DNA from: a virus
Lineage: Duplodnaviria > Caudoviricetes
IMG/VR virus record: IMGVR_UViG_3300028832_000007
Span: 6,459 to 70,458 of that record
DNA: 64,000 nucleotides
Reading direction: 5' to 3' (one strand)
Shown here: in pieces, positions 39,447 through 50,194 of the stretch
Layout: each line of letters begins with the position of its first letter
How positions within the stretch are numbered: the stretch's first letter is position 1
Notes under the pieces: generated by a model
What the model saw: only the letters and a program-made list of their open reading frames with translations
The model's database searches: none
Told to the model about the DNA's origin: nothing
Position numbers and translations under genes: made by a program

Positions 39447-40187
39447 ATGTACGACAGTAAGGAAAATAGGTGGTTACGTCGTCGTGTGGGCATGATCACG
39501 GCGAGTGAGTTGGGGCAGATTACCAGTGTCAGCGGAAAGCTCATAGATGGCAACCTGAGTTATATTCGGGCGAAGCGCTGGGAGCGGCTGCATGGTTTCT
39601 CCCATCCGGTGACGGCGCGGGCGATGGAGATCGGGAACGAGCAGGAGCCGTATATATATGAGTGGTGTAAGGCTAACCTGGACATAGGGGAGATCGTTTA
39701 TAGCAAGAATCTTCCGGAGATTCCTTTCTGGGTGTCGGAAGATTGTCCTATGGGGGCTTCTCCGGATGCTTTCACCCCGTCTGAGGAGATCGTCCTTGAA
39801 TTCAAGACCCTTGTGGGGGCGACAGCCATCGAGTTCTTCGGGGATGTGTATACCCCGTTCGAGGTCAAGTACCAGGCGGTATGGAAGGACCATGGAGACC
39901 AGGTTCTGGGCCAGTTCCTGTCTAACCCCAAGGTTAAGGAAATATGGGTCGTGAAGTATATCTATTGTGACGACGATATAATGGAGGACGTGGACAGTCC
40001 GCTTGCTCCTTGGCGCGGGCTGGTGTTCAAGTTCAAGAGGGAGTCTTATTCTCTTAGTATCACCCAGATGCGTGACAGGATTTGCCTTATGGACAAGATG
40101 ATAGATTCCAAGCTCAACCCCGCCTTGTTTAAGAAGGGAGAGTGGATTATAAACCAAAATGGAGAGTTATGTCAGAGTTCAGAATAG
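39447..40187 (+). CDS. YqaJ/lambda-exonuclease-like protein
   Basis: WLRRRVGMITASE, AMEIGNEQEP, GASPDA, LEFK. Confidence 0.85.
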   Translation: MYDSKENRWLRRRVGMITASELGQITSVSGKLIDGNLSYIRAKRWERLHGFSHPVTARAMEIGNEQEPYIYEWCKANLDIGEIVYSKNLPEIPFWVSEDCPMGASPDAFTPSEEIVLEFKTLVGATAIEFFGDVYTPFEVKYQAVWKDHGDQVLGQFLSNPKVKEIWVVKYIYCDDDIMEDVDSPLAPWRGLVFKFKRESYSLSITQMRDRICLMDKMIDSKLNPALFKKGEWIINQNGELCQSSE

Positions 40188-42337
40188 AGGGCAATGCCCT
40201 GTATGACGACAAGGGCCTGTTGCTGGCCAGGATTGTCGTCAGGGATGGCGAGATGCATGTAGTGCGGGAGCCACGGTGTTCGATAGGGGATTATTTCGCG
40301 ATATTGACCATGTTACACGAAAAAGGATACAGAATATCATGAGCACGATAGTTTTGACGAAGACCATCGCCAAGCAGATACTTCGGCTGTTCGATCATTG
40401 TTTCAAGCAGGGCGTCATGGATGCTGCGGACAGCTCGGATGACCTGATGGCGAGGGAGTGGCTTGAAGCCCGGTTGAATGACGGGAAGTTCGGGCGTGTC
40501 ATCGAGCCTGATGCGGAGTATAACTGGAAGAGATGGCGCTTTACCCTGTATTGGTGGAGCAGGGAGTCTAAAATTGGGACTCTCGGGGAGAATTATATAG
40601 ACTATATCCGGGATATGAATTCATTCCATTATGCTCTTCTCCCTGTCTGTATGCGTTTTTACCTGATGGGGGTGCAGGAGTGGCTGGATTATCCAAACCC
40701 GTCAAAGATGGTCTTTTTCACCGGGGAGAATAATGTTCATTGGGCTCCCGTTGGCTCCAATATCCGAAAGATTTCTGTTACGGATTTCATTTCTTACGTC
40801 CAGATGTTCATATTCGAGCGGGTTGAGAAGCAGTACGAGGGAGATATGCCTTCTTCCCGATATGACAGCTTTGCCCAGGCGCTCTGGACCTTAACAAAAC
40901 GTTTTCCTGATTTTTATGGCAAATTTAGAGAAGATATCGAGGGTTCCTAAGGTGTTCCGGACAAACCATGCCCAGGTCGGAGGGTTTTCCATGGATTATA
41001 TGCTCCTTCCAATAGGATTCAGGTACAATGACGAATGGCTCAAGGCGAAGGCTGGGGATAAGCTGTATCTGACTACGGGTGGGGAGCATATCATCAGGTA
41101 TGTGAGAAAGCTTCCCATGAAAAGTACCTTCACTGACATATTATGTCGGGTCCGTTATGGGATGACTCTGGCCGGAGTTCTCCAGAGATGGCAACTGAAT
41201 GCGTCTCTGGAGGGACATGGCAAGCAGTGTATCAGTACGGATGAGTGTCTTTGGGTCGTATATGAAAAGGACGAAGAAGAATAGCGGATATGTCCCGACT
41301 GAAAAGTATGGGAAATTATCGTGCAGGTTTGCGCCGGAGGTTCTTGTTCCCTCAAACGCGATTGATGGGTCTTTTTTCCTGGGTGCTCCCGCCGACAGGT
41401 ATATTTTCACGACAATGGACGGACATAAGTGTCTTGGCACGTTTCTTGCATCATGGAAAAACAGTGAGGACGGACATAATGATGAGCTGCAGGACTTTTG
41501 TATGGAACGCTTTAAGTGCGGTTTTGGTACGATCCGGGCTATCATGGCGTCCAGATTGGGGAAGGTTGAGGATTATTGGCATCTGATAAAATTAGAGGAG
41601 ATATGTGCTTAGAAGAAATGTTTGAGAAAGGAATCACCCCCCTGACGGGGCCGAATAAGGGGGAGCGCATGTGTGTCGTGGAGATGGATCGGCTCGCTGT
41701 TCGTGTCCGTGGATGGAATTCAATGAAGGAATATCCTCCAATCCGTCATGGGGACTATAAAATATGGGATGAGGTATGACAGGCGAGGAGATGTTAGGAC
41801 TTTTTGAGCAGGGAAAGGCTGCTGGAGTAGAGACGACGGTCCTGATTATCCGTGTCCAAGGAACGGTCTTTGTCAGCTTCGACGGAGAAGAGTGGGTTGA
41901 GTCAAAGAGTGAATTTATCAACAAACAATTAGATTGATATGGATTATAGAGTTTCTGAACTTTTCAAGTGTGGTGTGACCCCGAAAAAGGGGAAGGGCGC
42001 CGGTGTCAGGTATCGCGTGCAAAGCGTGTGGCCTGGCGGTGTTGTAGTCAAGCCATGGGAGGGCGACGGCGATGCTGTCGAGCTGAAGGAAGGTGAGTAT
42101 GTGCTGTGGACTCCTCCCAAGACGTTGTTCAAGGATCCGACCATCCCTGCCACATGGGGGAACCTCAAGCGTGCTGTGGAACAGGCGGGACTTGGAGACG
42201 ATACCAGGATTCTTTTGTGTGATGGTTTTTTCTGGCCTGTGGAGACTTTCTGCGGTTTAAGCGGCGCCAGTTTTTCCCTTATCGAGGCGAAAGCTCTTGA
42301 CGGTAGTGGCAAGGAGAGGGTTATCGTAGTGAAATAG
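40169..42337 (+). CDS. Run of hypothetical genes (40169-40342, 40339-40950, 40916-41284, 41262-41612, 41605-41779, 41776-41937, 41939-42337)
   Basis: Coupled + strand ORFs; no motifs recognised; some starts approximate. Confidence 0.6.
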
Positions 42338-42345
42338 AGACGGAT

Positions 42346-42442
42346 ACCGGGGTACCTCAGAGGTTAGAGGAAGGTAAGCGTGGGCAGGTAAGAAGGGCTA
42401 CGCGCTTAGCCAAAGACGCGGGTTCGAACCCCGCTCCCGGTG
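42346..42442 (+). ncRNA. tRNA-like RNA 2 (long anticodon-position stem, purine-rich loop)
   Basis: Acceptor ACCGGGG/TCCCGGT, D stem CCTC/GAGG, T arm GCGGG-TTCGAAC-CCCGC. Confidence 0.8.
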
Positions 42443-42513
42443 CTATGGTGTGGGTGAGGGACAAGACCAGCCGCTACTGGCGGAGGAGGCATGAGAAATC
42501 CGCACCGACTTTT

Positions 42514-42631
42514 GGATGGATGCCAGAATTGGGATTGGGAATCCCCCGATAGGGTAGCCCGGCGCATCAGCCCTTTGTAGTATCGGCTGGTTGGTGTGGA
42601 GGGCATGCAGGTTCGAGTCCTGTTCCATCCA
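42514..42631 (+). ncRNA. tRNA-like RNA 3 (class II-like, ~48-nt extra arm, aberrant anticodon loop)
   Basis: Acceptor GGATGGA/TCCATCC, D stem CCAG/TTGG, T arm GCAGG-TTCGAGT-CCTGT. Confidence 0.78.
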
Positions 42632-42647
42632 CAAAAACTGATGTGAT

Positions 42648-43208
42648 ATGGCAGTAATAGTACCAAATGTAGAGAAAATGACTTTGGCGGAAGCGAAGAA
42701 TTTTTGCCGCCCAGGACAAGCTATTTTTATAGATAGCGATAAGATTCTTGTCCTTGAAAAATCGGATGTGAAAAATTTCGATGACTACAAGCAGCGCTTA
42801 AAAGACCACATCCTTGGTATCATGTCGTCCGCTGAAGACGACAAGCCTAGTATGTTCAGTCTGGCTGCTTATATTCGCAACGAGGTATTGCGGGATTTAT
42901 ACAACGATATTAACAAGGATAGAATATAAGCCACCATCCACAATATGGCAAAAGGAAAATGGTTTAAGGAAGGTGCAGAGTGCTGGGTGTACTCGACCTT
43001 GGAGATAGATACGAACCCTATTACTCATCTTCATTGGGTGTCGAAGGGGTACATAAAGAAGATAGGAAGGAAGTGGACGGAGGTTGTCTTAAATTATTAC
43101 AATGAGTCCACTCCGTTCCTTACCGATTCAGAGGTATTCTATTCTTTGGGACAAGTCCGACGCAGGTACGGGAATGACTTTGAAATAAGGGACGAGAAAT
43201 GGAGTTAA
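42648..43208 (+). CDS. Two hypothetical proteins (42648-42929, 42945-43208)
   Basis: Coupled ORFs ahead of the helicase. Confidence 0.65.
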
Positions 43209-44704
43209 GAGAATATCAGAATACGCTCATCGCTGAGACTCGTCAGGCCCTGGCGAAGCATAAGCATATTATTGTGCAGAGCCCGACTGGAAGCGGGAAA
43301 GGGGTCCTTATCGGCTCGATGGCATCAATGGCCGCGAGAAAGGGTAATCGCGTCCTGATCTTGGCCCATAGTGAGGAGATTCTCACCCAGGATGCTGGGC
43401 ATGTGAGGAAGTGGGGCGTGGATGCTGCTGAGGTTTTTGCTAAGACCAGAAAGCGTCCGGACGTCGAGTGCTGCTGTATGATGGCACAGACGCTTCGCCA
43501 ACGGCTCAAGAAGGAAGACTGGGTGAACTGGTTTGGCACCTTCAAGCTGATTATCCTGGATGAGTGTCATCGTGCTGAGTTTGACTTTGTGTTTGAGCAG
43601 CCAGGGATAGGTAATAAATTTGTTATCGGTCTGTCAGCTTCGCCGGCGAGATACGGCCAGATGCGTCAATTAGGACTTGACTACGATGCTGTTGTTATCG
43701 GTCCGTCTGTCCGCTCGCTGATTGATCAGGGCTACCTTTGTAAGTGCCGTCTTTTCTCTCTCGATGCCCCGTCTATGGATGATGTCGAGTGGAGTTCATG
43801 TCGTGGAGATTATAATCTCGGGCAGATGGCCCAGAAGTTTAAGTCGCGTGCTCGTTATGTCGGCGCTGTTGACAATTACGAACGTCTCTGTAAAGGCCAG
43901 AAATGCCTCGTATTTTGCTGCTCGAGCGAGCAGACGATAGAACTTACCAAGGAGTTCTGCGAACGCGGCATAGAGGCTAAATATTGCCTTTCCGGGGGTT
44001 TTGGCGAGGATGGAGAGTATAGCGGGGAACGAAAGGATGTCGTGGACGCTTTTGCCCGTGGCGAATTCCCTGTGCTGGTCAACTACGGCCTGTTTACGAC
44101 CGGTATCGACATTCCGGATATCAAGGTTGTGATGCTGATGTTTTCAACGACATCGCTGGTGAAGTACATGCAGTGCCTTGGCCGTGCGTCGAGGATTGCT
44201 CCCGGGAAGAATAATGAGTTTCTATGTCTGGACTTTGGTTGCAACTATGAGCGACTGGGGAGGTACGAGGACGAGCGGGCCTGGTCTGTATGGCATTCGA
44301 CTGGAGCGGGCGGCGGTGTACCACCCACAAAAATATGTCCACAGTGTGGGAAAATGGTGCCAGTCTCCTGGAAAGATTGCGCTTTTTGTGGGTACCACTG
44401 GCCTACGCAGCAGGAGTTCTATAACGCAGAGCTACAAGAGGTGGTGGCAAGAGAGGATGAAGAATCTCTCGAATCTTATGTGGCTCGCAAGAAACTTGAA
44501 GGGAAATCTAACAACTGGATATTGGTCCAGGTGTGTATTAAGGATCCTGACAACCAAAAGGAAGCCTTCATGCGAGCCATCGAGGTGCTAAGGACCAAGC
44601 ATGGTGCGAATATAAGCCCCAAGTACTACTTTTTCTTCAAGAAAGAAATTTTATCGAAAGTTAAAGTCAAGAAAAAAGACGAAGGCCCTTCTTTATTCGA
44701 ATAA
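43199..44704 (+). CDS. SF2 DEAD/H-box helicase with C-terminal Zn ribbon
   Basis: LREYQ, SPTGSGKG, IILDECH, LSASP, TTGIDIP, QCLGRASR, CPQC..C.FC. Confidence 0.93.
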   Translation: MELREYQNTLIAETRQALAKHKHIIVQSPTGSGKGVLIGSMASMAARKGNRVLILAHSEEILTQDAGHVRKWGVDAAEVFAKTRKRPDVECCCMMAQTLRQRLKKEDWVNWFGTFKLIILDECHRAEFDFVFEQPGIGNKFVIGLSASPARYGQMRQLGLDYDAVVIGPSVRSLIDQGYLCKCRLFSLDAPSMDDVEWSSCRGDYNLGQMAQKFKSRARYVGAVDNYERLCKGQKCLVFCCSSEQTIELTKEFCERGIEAKYCLSGGFGEDGEYSGERKDVVDAFARGEFPVLVNYGLFTTGIDIPDIKVVMLMFSTTSLVKYMQCLGRASRIAPGKNNEFLCLDFGCNYERLGRYEDERAWSVWHSTGAGGGVPPTKICPQCGKMVPVSWKDCAFCGYHWPTQQEFYNAELQEVVAREDEESLESYVARKKLEGKSNNWILVQVCIKDPDNQKEAFMRAIEVLRTKHGANISPKYYFFFKKEILSKVKVKKKDEGPSLFE

Positions 44705-44710
44705 AATTAC

Positions 44711-44818
44711 TATCTTTGCATAAACATTGTGTCGCAGACAATGAGTAGAAATATATCACCCCGAATGAGTAGTGCGGAGCTGCGACCTCCGCGTGAAAGT
44801 CCGGGGTTAGTTTTTAAG
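44711..44818 (+). promoter_or_regulatory. Promoter (-7 TATCTTTG) and structured leader of HNH gene
   Basis: GTCGCAG (44731-37) is complementary to the CTGCGAC loop of the GCGGAG/CTCCGC hairpin, nested in ACCCCG/CGGGGT. Confidence 0.6.
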
Positions 44819-45439
44819 ATGGAAGAAATTTGGAAAGACATCCCTGGATATGAAGGGTTATACAAAGTTAGCAGCCTTGGGAGGGTGTTATCTTTGAATT
44901 ATAACAGCGCTGGGATATCAAAGATAATGAAGGGTTCTATCAAACGAGGGTATTTAATTGTAGAACTTTATAAAGATAGGATTAGTAAGAGATTTTCAGT
45001 GCATAGGCTCGTTACCATGACTTTTCTCCCGATCCCGGAAAACCTAAAGCGATATATCGGCACAAGGATTTTGCAAGTTAATCATATAGACGAAAACAAG
45101 ACAAATAATTCCGTTGATAATCTTGAATGGTGTACCGCTTCTTATAATCTGTCTTATGGAACAAGACCTCGCCGAGTGTTGGATTCGCATAAGGCTTCTG
45201 GTTCGTCTCGTGCAGAGAAGCAGGTGTGCCAATATGACCCAACTGGGAATTTTATCAGAAAGTATATATCTGCTCACGCTGCGGCGAGAGATACGAAACT
45301 TGATTTTAGTAAAATAGCGATGTGTGCAAGGAAGGAAAGAAATATGCACGGAGGTTTCCTCTGGTGCTACGCCTCCGATACAGAACGCATAAAAGAAATC
45401 GAATCATTACGGACCGATTCTTCGCCGAAGCTGTTTTAG
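44819..45439 (+). CDS. NUMOD4-HNH-NUMOD1 homing endonuclease
   Basis: EIWKDIPGYEGLYKVSSLGRV, VHRLV, VNHIDENKTNNSVDNLEWCT. Confidence 0.92.
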   Translation: MEEIWKDIPGYEGLYKVSSLGRVLSLNYNSAGISKIMKGSIKRGYLIVELYKDRISKRFSVHRLVTMTFLPIPENLKRYIGTRILQVNHIDENKTNNSVDNLEWCTASYNLSYGTRPRRVLDSHKASGSSRAEKQVCQYDPTGNFIRKYISAHAAARDTKLDFSKIAMCARKERNMHGGFLWCYASDTERIKEIESLRTDSSPKLF

Positions 45440-45468
45440 TGGCACGGTCTTTGTAGTGGGAGAATGGT

Positions 45469-48308
45469 ATGAAAAAGAAGATTTCAGAATTTAATGGCCG
45501 AATTATAGGCTTTGAAGGTGGCCCAGATTGGCTGAGTATACTTGTCGACGCCGCTATTGTGCATAACGGGGCTGTCGGCGTTAGGTATTTTTTCCCGTTC
45601 ATTAAAAAGGAGGGCGAGGTTAGTCTCAATGAGTATACGGGGAAGTGTGTAAAAGTGACAGTAGAAGTACAGGATTAGTTATGGAAACCGAAAGAAAGAC
45701 TTGCGCTTCTTGCGCCTATTTTATAGATCTCTCCCCCGATGAGGGTGCTTGCTCCAAGCCGAAAGGCGGCAGAAATGGCGTTTGGGGGAACGAGGATATT
45801 TGTTGTGATTACGAAAAAGATGAAAAGCGAATACGAGAAATGAACGATCCGGTATTAGATATCAAGACTATTATAGAGCGGAAGATTGCTGAGGGTGGAA
45901 AGGATAATCCTATTCTGGTCCCGGCAAGCCAGTACGATTGTTTTGTCTCGACGGCGAAGAAATATAATATAAATGCAAAGTTTGACGCAATAGTGGCAAA
46001 ATGGAAAACAGACGAGAAATGAAACTATCAGAAGAACAGAGGCGCTATGTTGGCGCGATTCTAGAACGAGCGGGGCTCTATTTCAATTTAGATTCTCATT
46101 ACGACCCAGAGAAGGACGAAGAAGATGATTGTACAAGTGTCTATATTGACGGAGACATCTCTTTCGACACAATGGCTGAAATAGTGGATTATTTGAGAGG
46201 ACGCGAGAAATGAAACTCTATGGATTAGTAAAGCAAGTCTGGATCATGGATGAAGGAATGTCTATTCCAGACGCGGACTCGGTAGAACTGTATGAGTCGC
46301 AGGCGGAAAGAGATGAGCGCCTTTTGTATCTGAATGGCGGACATGGCAAGGACTATTTCCGCCGCATGGATGATTATTATGCGGCTATTGATTTTGAGGT
46401 AGGGAATCGTAATGAGTATAATAAGCCATACAAAGAACCAGAGCCCCGTGAGTTATTGCCCGGAGAACTAGAGCAGAGATTGCGTCTTATTGCGACATTT
46501 GCGAGGCATCCTTTAAAGATATAATGATATGAAACCAGGAGATAAGGTGTGGATTTTCGATGAAGACAAGTTCAAACAAGTGTCTTATGAGGAATTATGG
46601 GGGAAATGTCATCTTGTTGACCGCAACGATTGCGACCAATATTGGGGGATACCGAAATCTTGGCCTTTAAGCAAACCACATTTCCCCTCCCGCGAGGCGC
46701 TGTGCGAACATTACAGAAAAATATTCGAGTGATATGGAAGAAATATTAATTGAAAAGGTTTATCGGCTCAAGTCTGAGCTGGAAAGCATGACCAAAGTGC
46801 TCAATCTTATGAGTTCCGCTTCGCAGACATCGTTGCGCGACCCGAATGGTAGTTTTGGACTATACCTACATGGTTCAGTTGCTGGCCACGATGTCGAAGT
46901 GGATATAAAACAAGAAGTCTATACCAGCATCGAAATGGCGCTTAAAGAACGCATAGGACAAATTCAATACGAACTTGCCAAGCTATGACAATCGAAAAAT
47001 ACAAGGTTCAAGACTATCTTTAAGCTATGTGCACTCACGAATTATTTTCCCCATCCAAGATCTTTATTAAGCGTGCGGACGTAGAAGAGGAATGGAAGGA
47101 GCTGATTGGTCCTATAGTCCAGAAATCTTTAACCATTTCGGAGAGCGAGCCAGTCGGATACAATCCGACCACCATAAAATTCACCGCTACGCTGAGAATC
47201 AGTCGCAATGACCGCATTAGCCTATTCAAGTTCGTAGGGCTTATGAAGCGTCCCCGGCTTACTTACAGAACAATCAAGCGCGATAGCGCAAAACGGAACA
47301 AGTAAATATGAAGACGGTAATAGGAATAACGAAAGAGTATGAAGGGTTGACAGAAATTGCTCATAAGGATGCTCTTGAATGGTGCAAGGCATGTATCCAA
47401 AAGCGTATCGACCATGATCACCTCGAGGACCAAGTGGATTGGGAAGACCTTATTGTAAAAGATGAGAAAATAGACGAATACGGCTGGTATCGTATGGAGT
47501 GCCGCCTTCCACTTAAAGAACTATTTTTTTGAAATGACAATCGAAGAATACAAAGCTCAGGTCTTCAAGTACGACGGCAAAGGCCCCGTTACGATCGGAG
47601 ATGAATGGCCGTATCTCCCAAGGGCGACCCGCCGAGAGATCGAACGGCTCGTAAAGAAAGGAAAGAACCCGGATATAATGAACTACGTTTGATATGAGCA
47701 AGATAACAACAATAATCGAGCAAGTAAAGAGACTCTTTCGTGCCGCTTCGCCGCGCAGGAGTGCGGGCATGCGAAGGAATTACAGAATAAGTCGTATTGA
47801 CTACGAGGTGGTTCCAATCAAGGCATCAGTAGAAGTTCCCCCAGGTGTACGTTATGCCCTGGATGCCAAGATACTGAATGAAGCCACCATGGATAGACTG
47901 AGCAAGGCTATCGGAAAAGAACTGCTCTCTAATGGTCTCATAGAATGTAATAAAGAGTCCCGTCCAGATGGCATAGAGCTTCACTTGGCAACCTGTTACG
48001 TTTTGAAACGGGTTGACAAAGAATAAAATAAAGCGAAATAGACGCTTTGGCATGATAATTGTATTCTAACCAACAAAATATATTTTTACATTATGGCAAA
48101 AGAATCAAAACAGAGTATTTGGCACAGAGCTGACACGGAAAAGCCTTGTGTCGGCACAGTCGTAACTATCGAGTATCTCTCGAAGGGTATTAAGGGCTAT
48201 TACACAGCGATGTGGATTGGGACTCAGTGGCTTATCAGGAAGCCTTATTCCCGTAATGACTTTGAGCCCCTTCCGGATGACATAGATATCCTGGCGTGGT
48301 CTGAATGA
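45469..48308 (+). CDS. Run of ~11 small hypothetical genes
   Basis: Coupled 65-125-aa ORFs. Confidence 0.6.
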
Positions 48309-48712
48309 TACAAGAGAAGTCAGATCCATCAATAAGAAGACAACGGAGGCAAGAAGAAATGCGCTTGCAGGCCCGTTGTTTTCAGTGGTGCTGGAATGAG
48401 CGTCCTGAGACTCGCCGATTACTTTTCCACGTAGAGAACGAAGGTCCCCGCAGCGATGCAAGGAACGGTGCTTTGAGGAGGGCGACTGGGATTGTGGCTG
48501 GAGTGTCGGATTTGATCCTTATGATGCCTCGAGGCTCCTGGCATGGTCTTTGTATTGAAATGAAGACGACGGAGCGCGGTTCGGGACAAAGTGCAGAGCA
48601 GAGATCTTGGCAGACTCTTGTTGAAGGTCAGGGGTATCGCTATGAGGTCGTAAGGACGGAAGATGAGTTCAGGAGGCTTATTGACGAGTATTTACGTTCA
48701 ACGAAAGAGTAA
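48305..48712 (+). CDS. VRR-NUC family nuclease (Holliday-junction resolvase-like)
   Basis: EMRLQ, LFHVENEG, AGVSDL, IEMKT, QSAEQRSW. Confidence 0.85.
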   Translation: MIQEKSDPSIRRQRRQEEMRLQARCFQWCWNERPETRRLLFHVENEGPRSDARNGALRRATGIVAGVSDLILMMPRGSWHGLCIEMKTTERGSGQSAEQRSWQTLVEGQGYRYEVVRTEDEFRRLIDEYLRSTKE

Positions 48713-48764
48713 CTAAACCAATGTTGGGTTTAGGTTTTCATAGTACAGTGCTTTTTTTATGTCG

Positions 48765-48798
48765 AGTGGGCTCCGCAGTGAATGCGTGGCTCACTTTT
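48765..48798 (+). terminator. GTGAA-capped terminator
   Basis: AGTGGGC..CGCA-GTGAA-TGCG..GCTCACT-TTT. Confidence 0.7.
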
Positions 48799-48826
48799 GT
48801 TTTTTAAAAAGTATTTCATATATTTG
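48796..48826 (+). promoter_or_regulatory. sigmaA-type promoter for packaging genes
   Basis: TTTG-N19-TATATTTG, 4 nt before ATG 48831. Confidence 0.7.
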
Positions 48827-48830
48827 TATT

Positions 48831-49388
48831 ATGGCAGGAAAGATTCCAATGCGGCCAAGGGGTCGCAAGTTTGATTTGTCCGAAGAAGAAATGAACGGAC
48901 TGTCTTATTATGTCTTGTCGGGTTGCAGTCGGGAGGATATGTTTTTACGTTTTGTGCGTCCTGATTTCTTAGGTACCAAGGCGCCGGCAGCTTTCAAGGC
49001 AGCTGTGAAGCAGTTTTTCGCGGTTAAGGATGTCCAGGAGTATATTGAGTCTTACAGGAGGACTATTGACGAATTACTATCGCCTCGCGGTCACTCCAAG
49101 CCTCAACCGGAGACAGCTGAGAGTCTTGAGGCGAAGAAAGCCAGGGCAAGGACTAAGGCTATGGAGTTCGCGATGGCTCTGGCGGAAAATCTCGACGAGG
49201 CTCAGGATCCAGAATCCGTAATGAAGATTCTCGATAAGGTTGGCATATTGGACGTTGACGAGCAGGCGGAAGAATTGCCGAGGAGGTATCTGCCCGTGTG
49301 TTGTAACGATTGTGCTTATCGTAAGTTTGTAGAGGAAAATTGCGATGAGGTTCCGGATGGCACGAATATTGCAGGAGATAGTGAATAA
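48831..49388 (+). CDS. Putative terminase small subunit
   Basis: Helical protein two genes before TerL; positional inference only. Confidence 0.45.
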   Translation: MAGKIPMRPRGRKFDLSEEEMNGLSYYVLSGCSREDMFLRFVRPDFLGTKAPAAFKAAVKQFFAVKDVQEYIESYRRTIDELLSPRGHSKPQPETAESLEAKKARARTKAMEFAMALAENLDEAQDPESVMKILDKVGILDVDEQAEELPRRYLPVCCNDCAYRKFVEENCDEVPDGTNIAGDSE

Positions 49389-49399
49389 ATTTTTCAGAT

Positions 49400-49768
49400 A
49401 TGAGTCTAAACAAAGTAATGCTTATCGGTAACGTCGGCAAGGACCCGGAGGTCAAATTTGTCGGCGGCACGAACAAAGTCGCAAATCTTACGCTAGCGAC
49501 CACGGAAACGTGGAGAGACAGCAACGGAGATAAAAAGGAGAGTACGGAGTGGCACAACATCGTCGTCTGGCGAAACGCCGCAGATATAGTCGATCAGTAT
49601 GTAAAGAGAGGCTCCCAGATCTATGTCGAAGGGAAGCTAACCACGCGCAAATGGAAGGACCAGAATGGCAATGACCGCTACACCACGGAAATTCAGGCGC
49701 AGACTATTCAGCTCCTGGGGAAAAAGGACGGAGCCGCCTCTCAGCCTGCCTCTAATGAACCATTCTAA
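49400..49768 (+). CDS. ssb: Single-stranded DNA-binding protein
   Basis: LNKVMLIGNVGKDPE, TEWHNIVVW, YVEGKLTTRKW; acidic ..EPF tail. Confidence 0.96.
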   Translation: MSLNKVMLIGNVGKDPEVKFVGGTNKVANLTLATTETWRDSNGDKKESTEWHNIVVWRNAADIVDQYVKRGSQIYVEGKLTTRKWKDQNGNDRYTTEIQAQTIQLLGKKDGAASQPASNEPF

Positions 49769-49769
49769 T

Positions 49770-50153
49770 ATGAAAAGAATCCTTGTCTACATATTCATCT
49801 TATCCTGTGCTTTATCGTCCTGCTCGAAGGAACATTCCGTCGATGCGGCATATCCGGCTTTCACTGGACGGTGGGTGTCGGAATATATGCTGAGCCAGGG
49901 CGAATGGATACCGGTCATAGAGCTTCGTGACCAAGTGATAATTTCCTTCAAGGATACTGGTGATTTCTACCTATATAGTTCTGTGTTCGGGACGGCGTCG
50001 GGGGTATATGAGAGGTCAGATGATCGTATTTCGCTTTATGCGAGCGGTAAGGAATACATGACAATCGAGATATTGTCGGACATGGAATCACAATATGTCG
50101 ACGCTACGTTGCGCTGTCGACAAAAAAACTTAAGCTATCGCTTCCGGAAGTGA
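49770..50153 (+). CDS. Lipoprotein, lipocalin-like
   Basis: MKRILVYIFILSCALSSC lipobox; FTGRW motif. Confidence 0.7.
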   Translation: MKRILVYIFILSCALSSCSKEHSVDAAYPAFTGRWVSEYMLSQGEWIPVIELRDQVIISFKDTGDFYLYSSVFGTASGVYERSDDRISLYASGKEYMTIEILSDMESQYVDATLRCRQKNLSYRFRK

Positions 50154-50194
50154 GTAACTTCTGTTTTTTCTTCATCATATAAGTTATTCCCGCG

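Noticed and set aside
42443-42513. HDV-like theta ribozyme 3' of the tRNA-like RNA
   Set aside because: I could not build the P1-P2-P3-P1.1 nested double pseudoknot or the L3/J4-2 consensus by eye.
38504-42631. Calling the three cloverleaves ordinary or suppressor tRNAs; stop-codon recoding
   Set aside because: None has a canonical U33-containing 7-nt loop, and large genes are intact in the standard code with TAG used as a genuine stop (e.g. capsid).
44731-44807. Hammerhead ribozyme in HNH leader
   Set aside because: AATGAG...GAAA is suggestive, but the CUGANGA core and stems I/III are not correctly formed.
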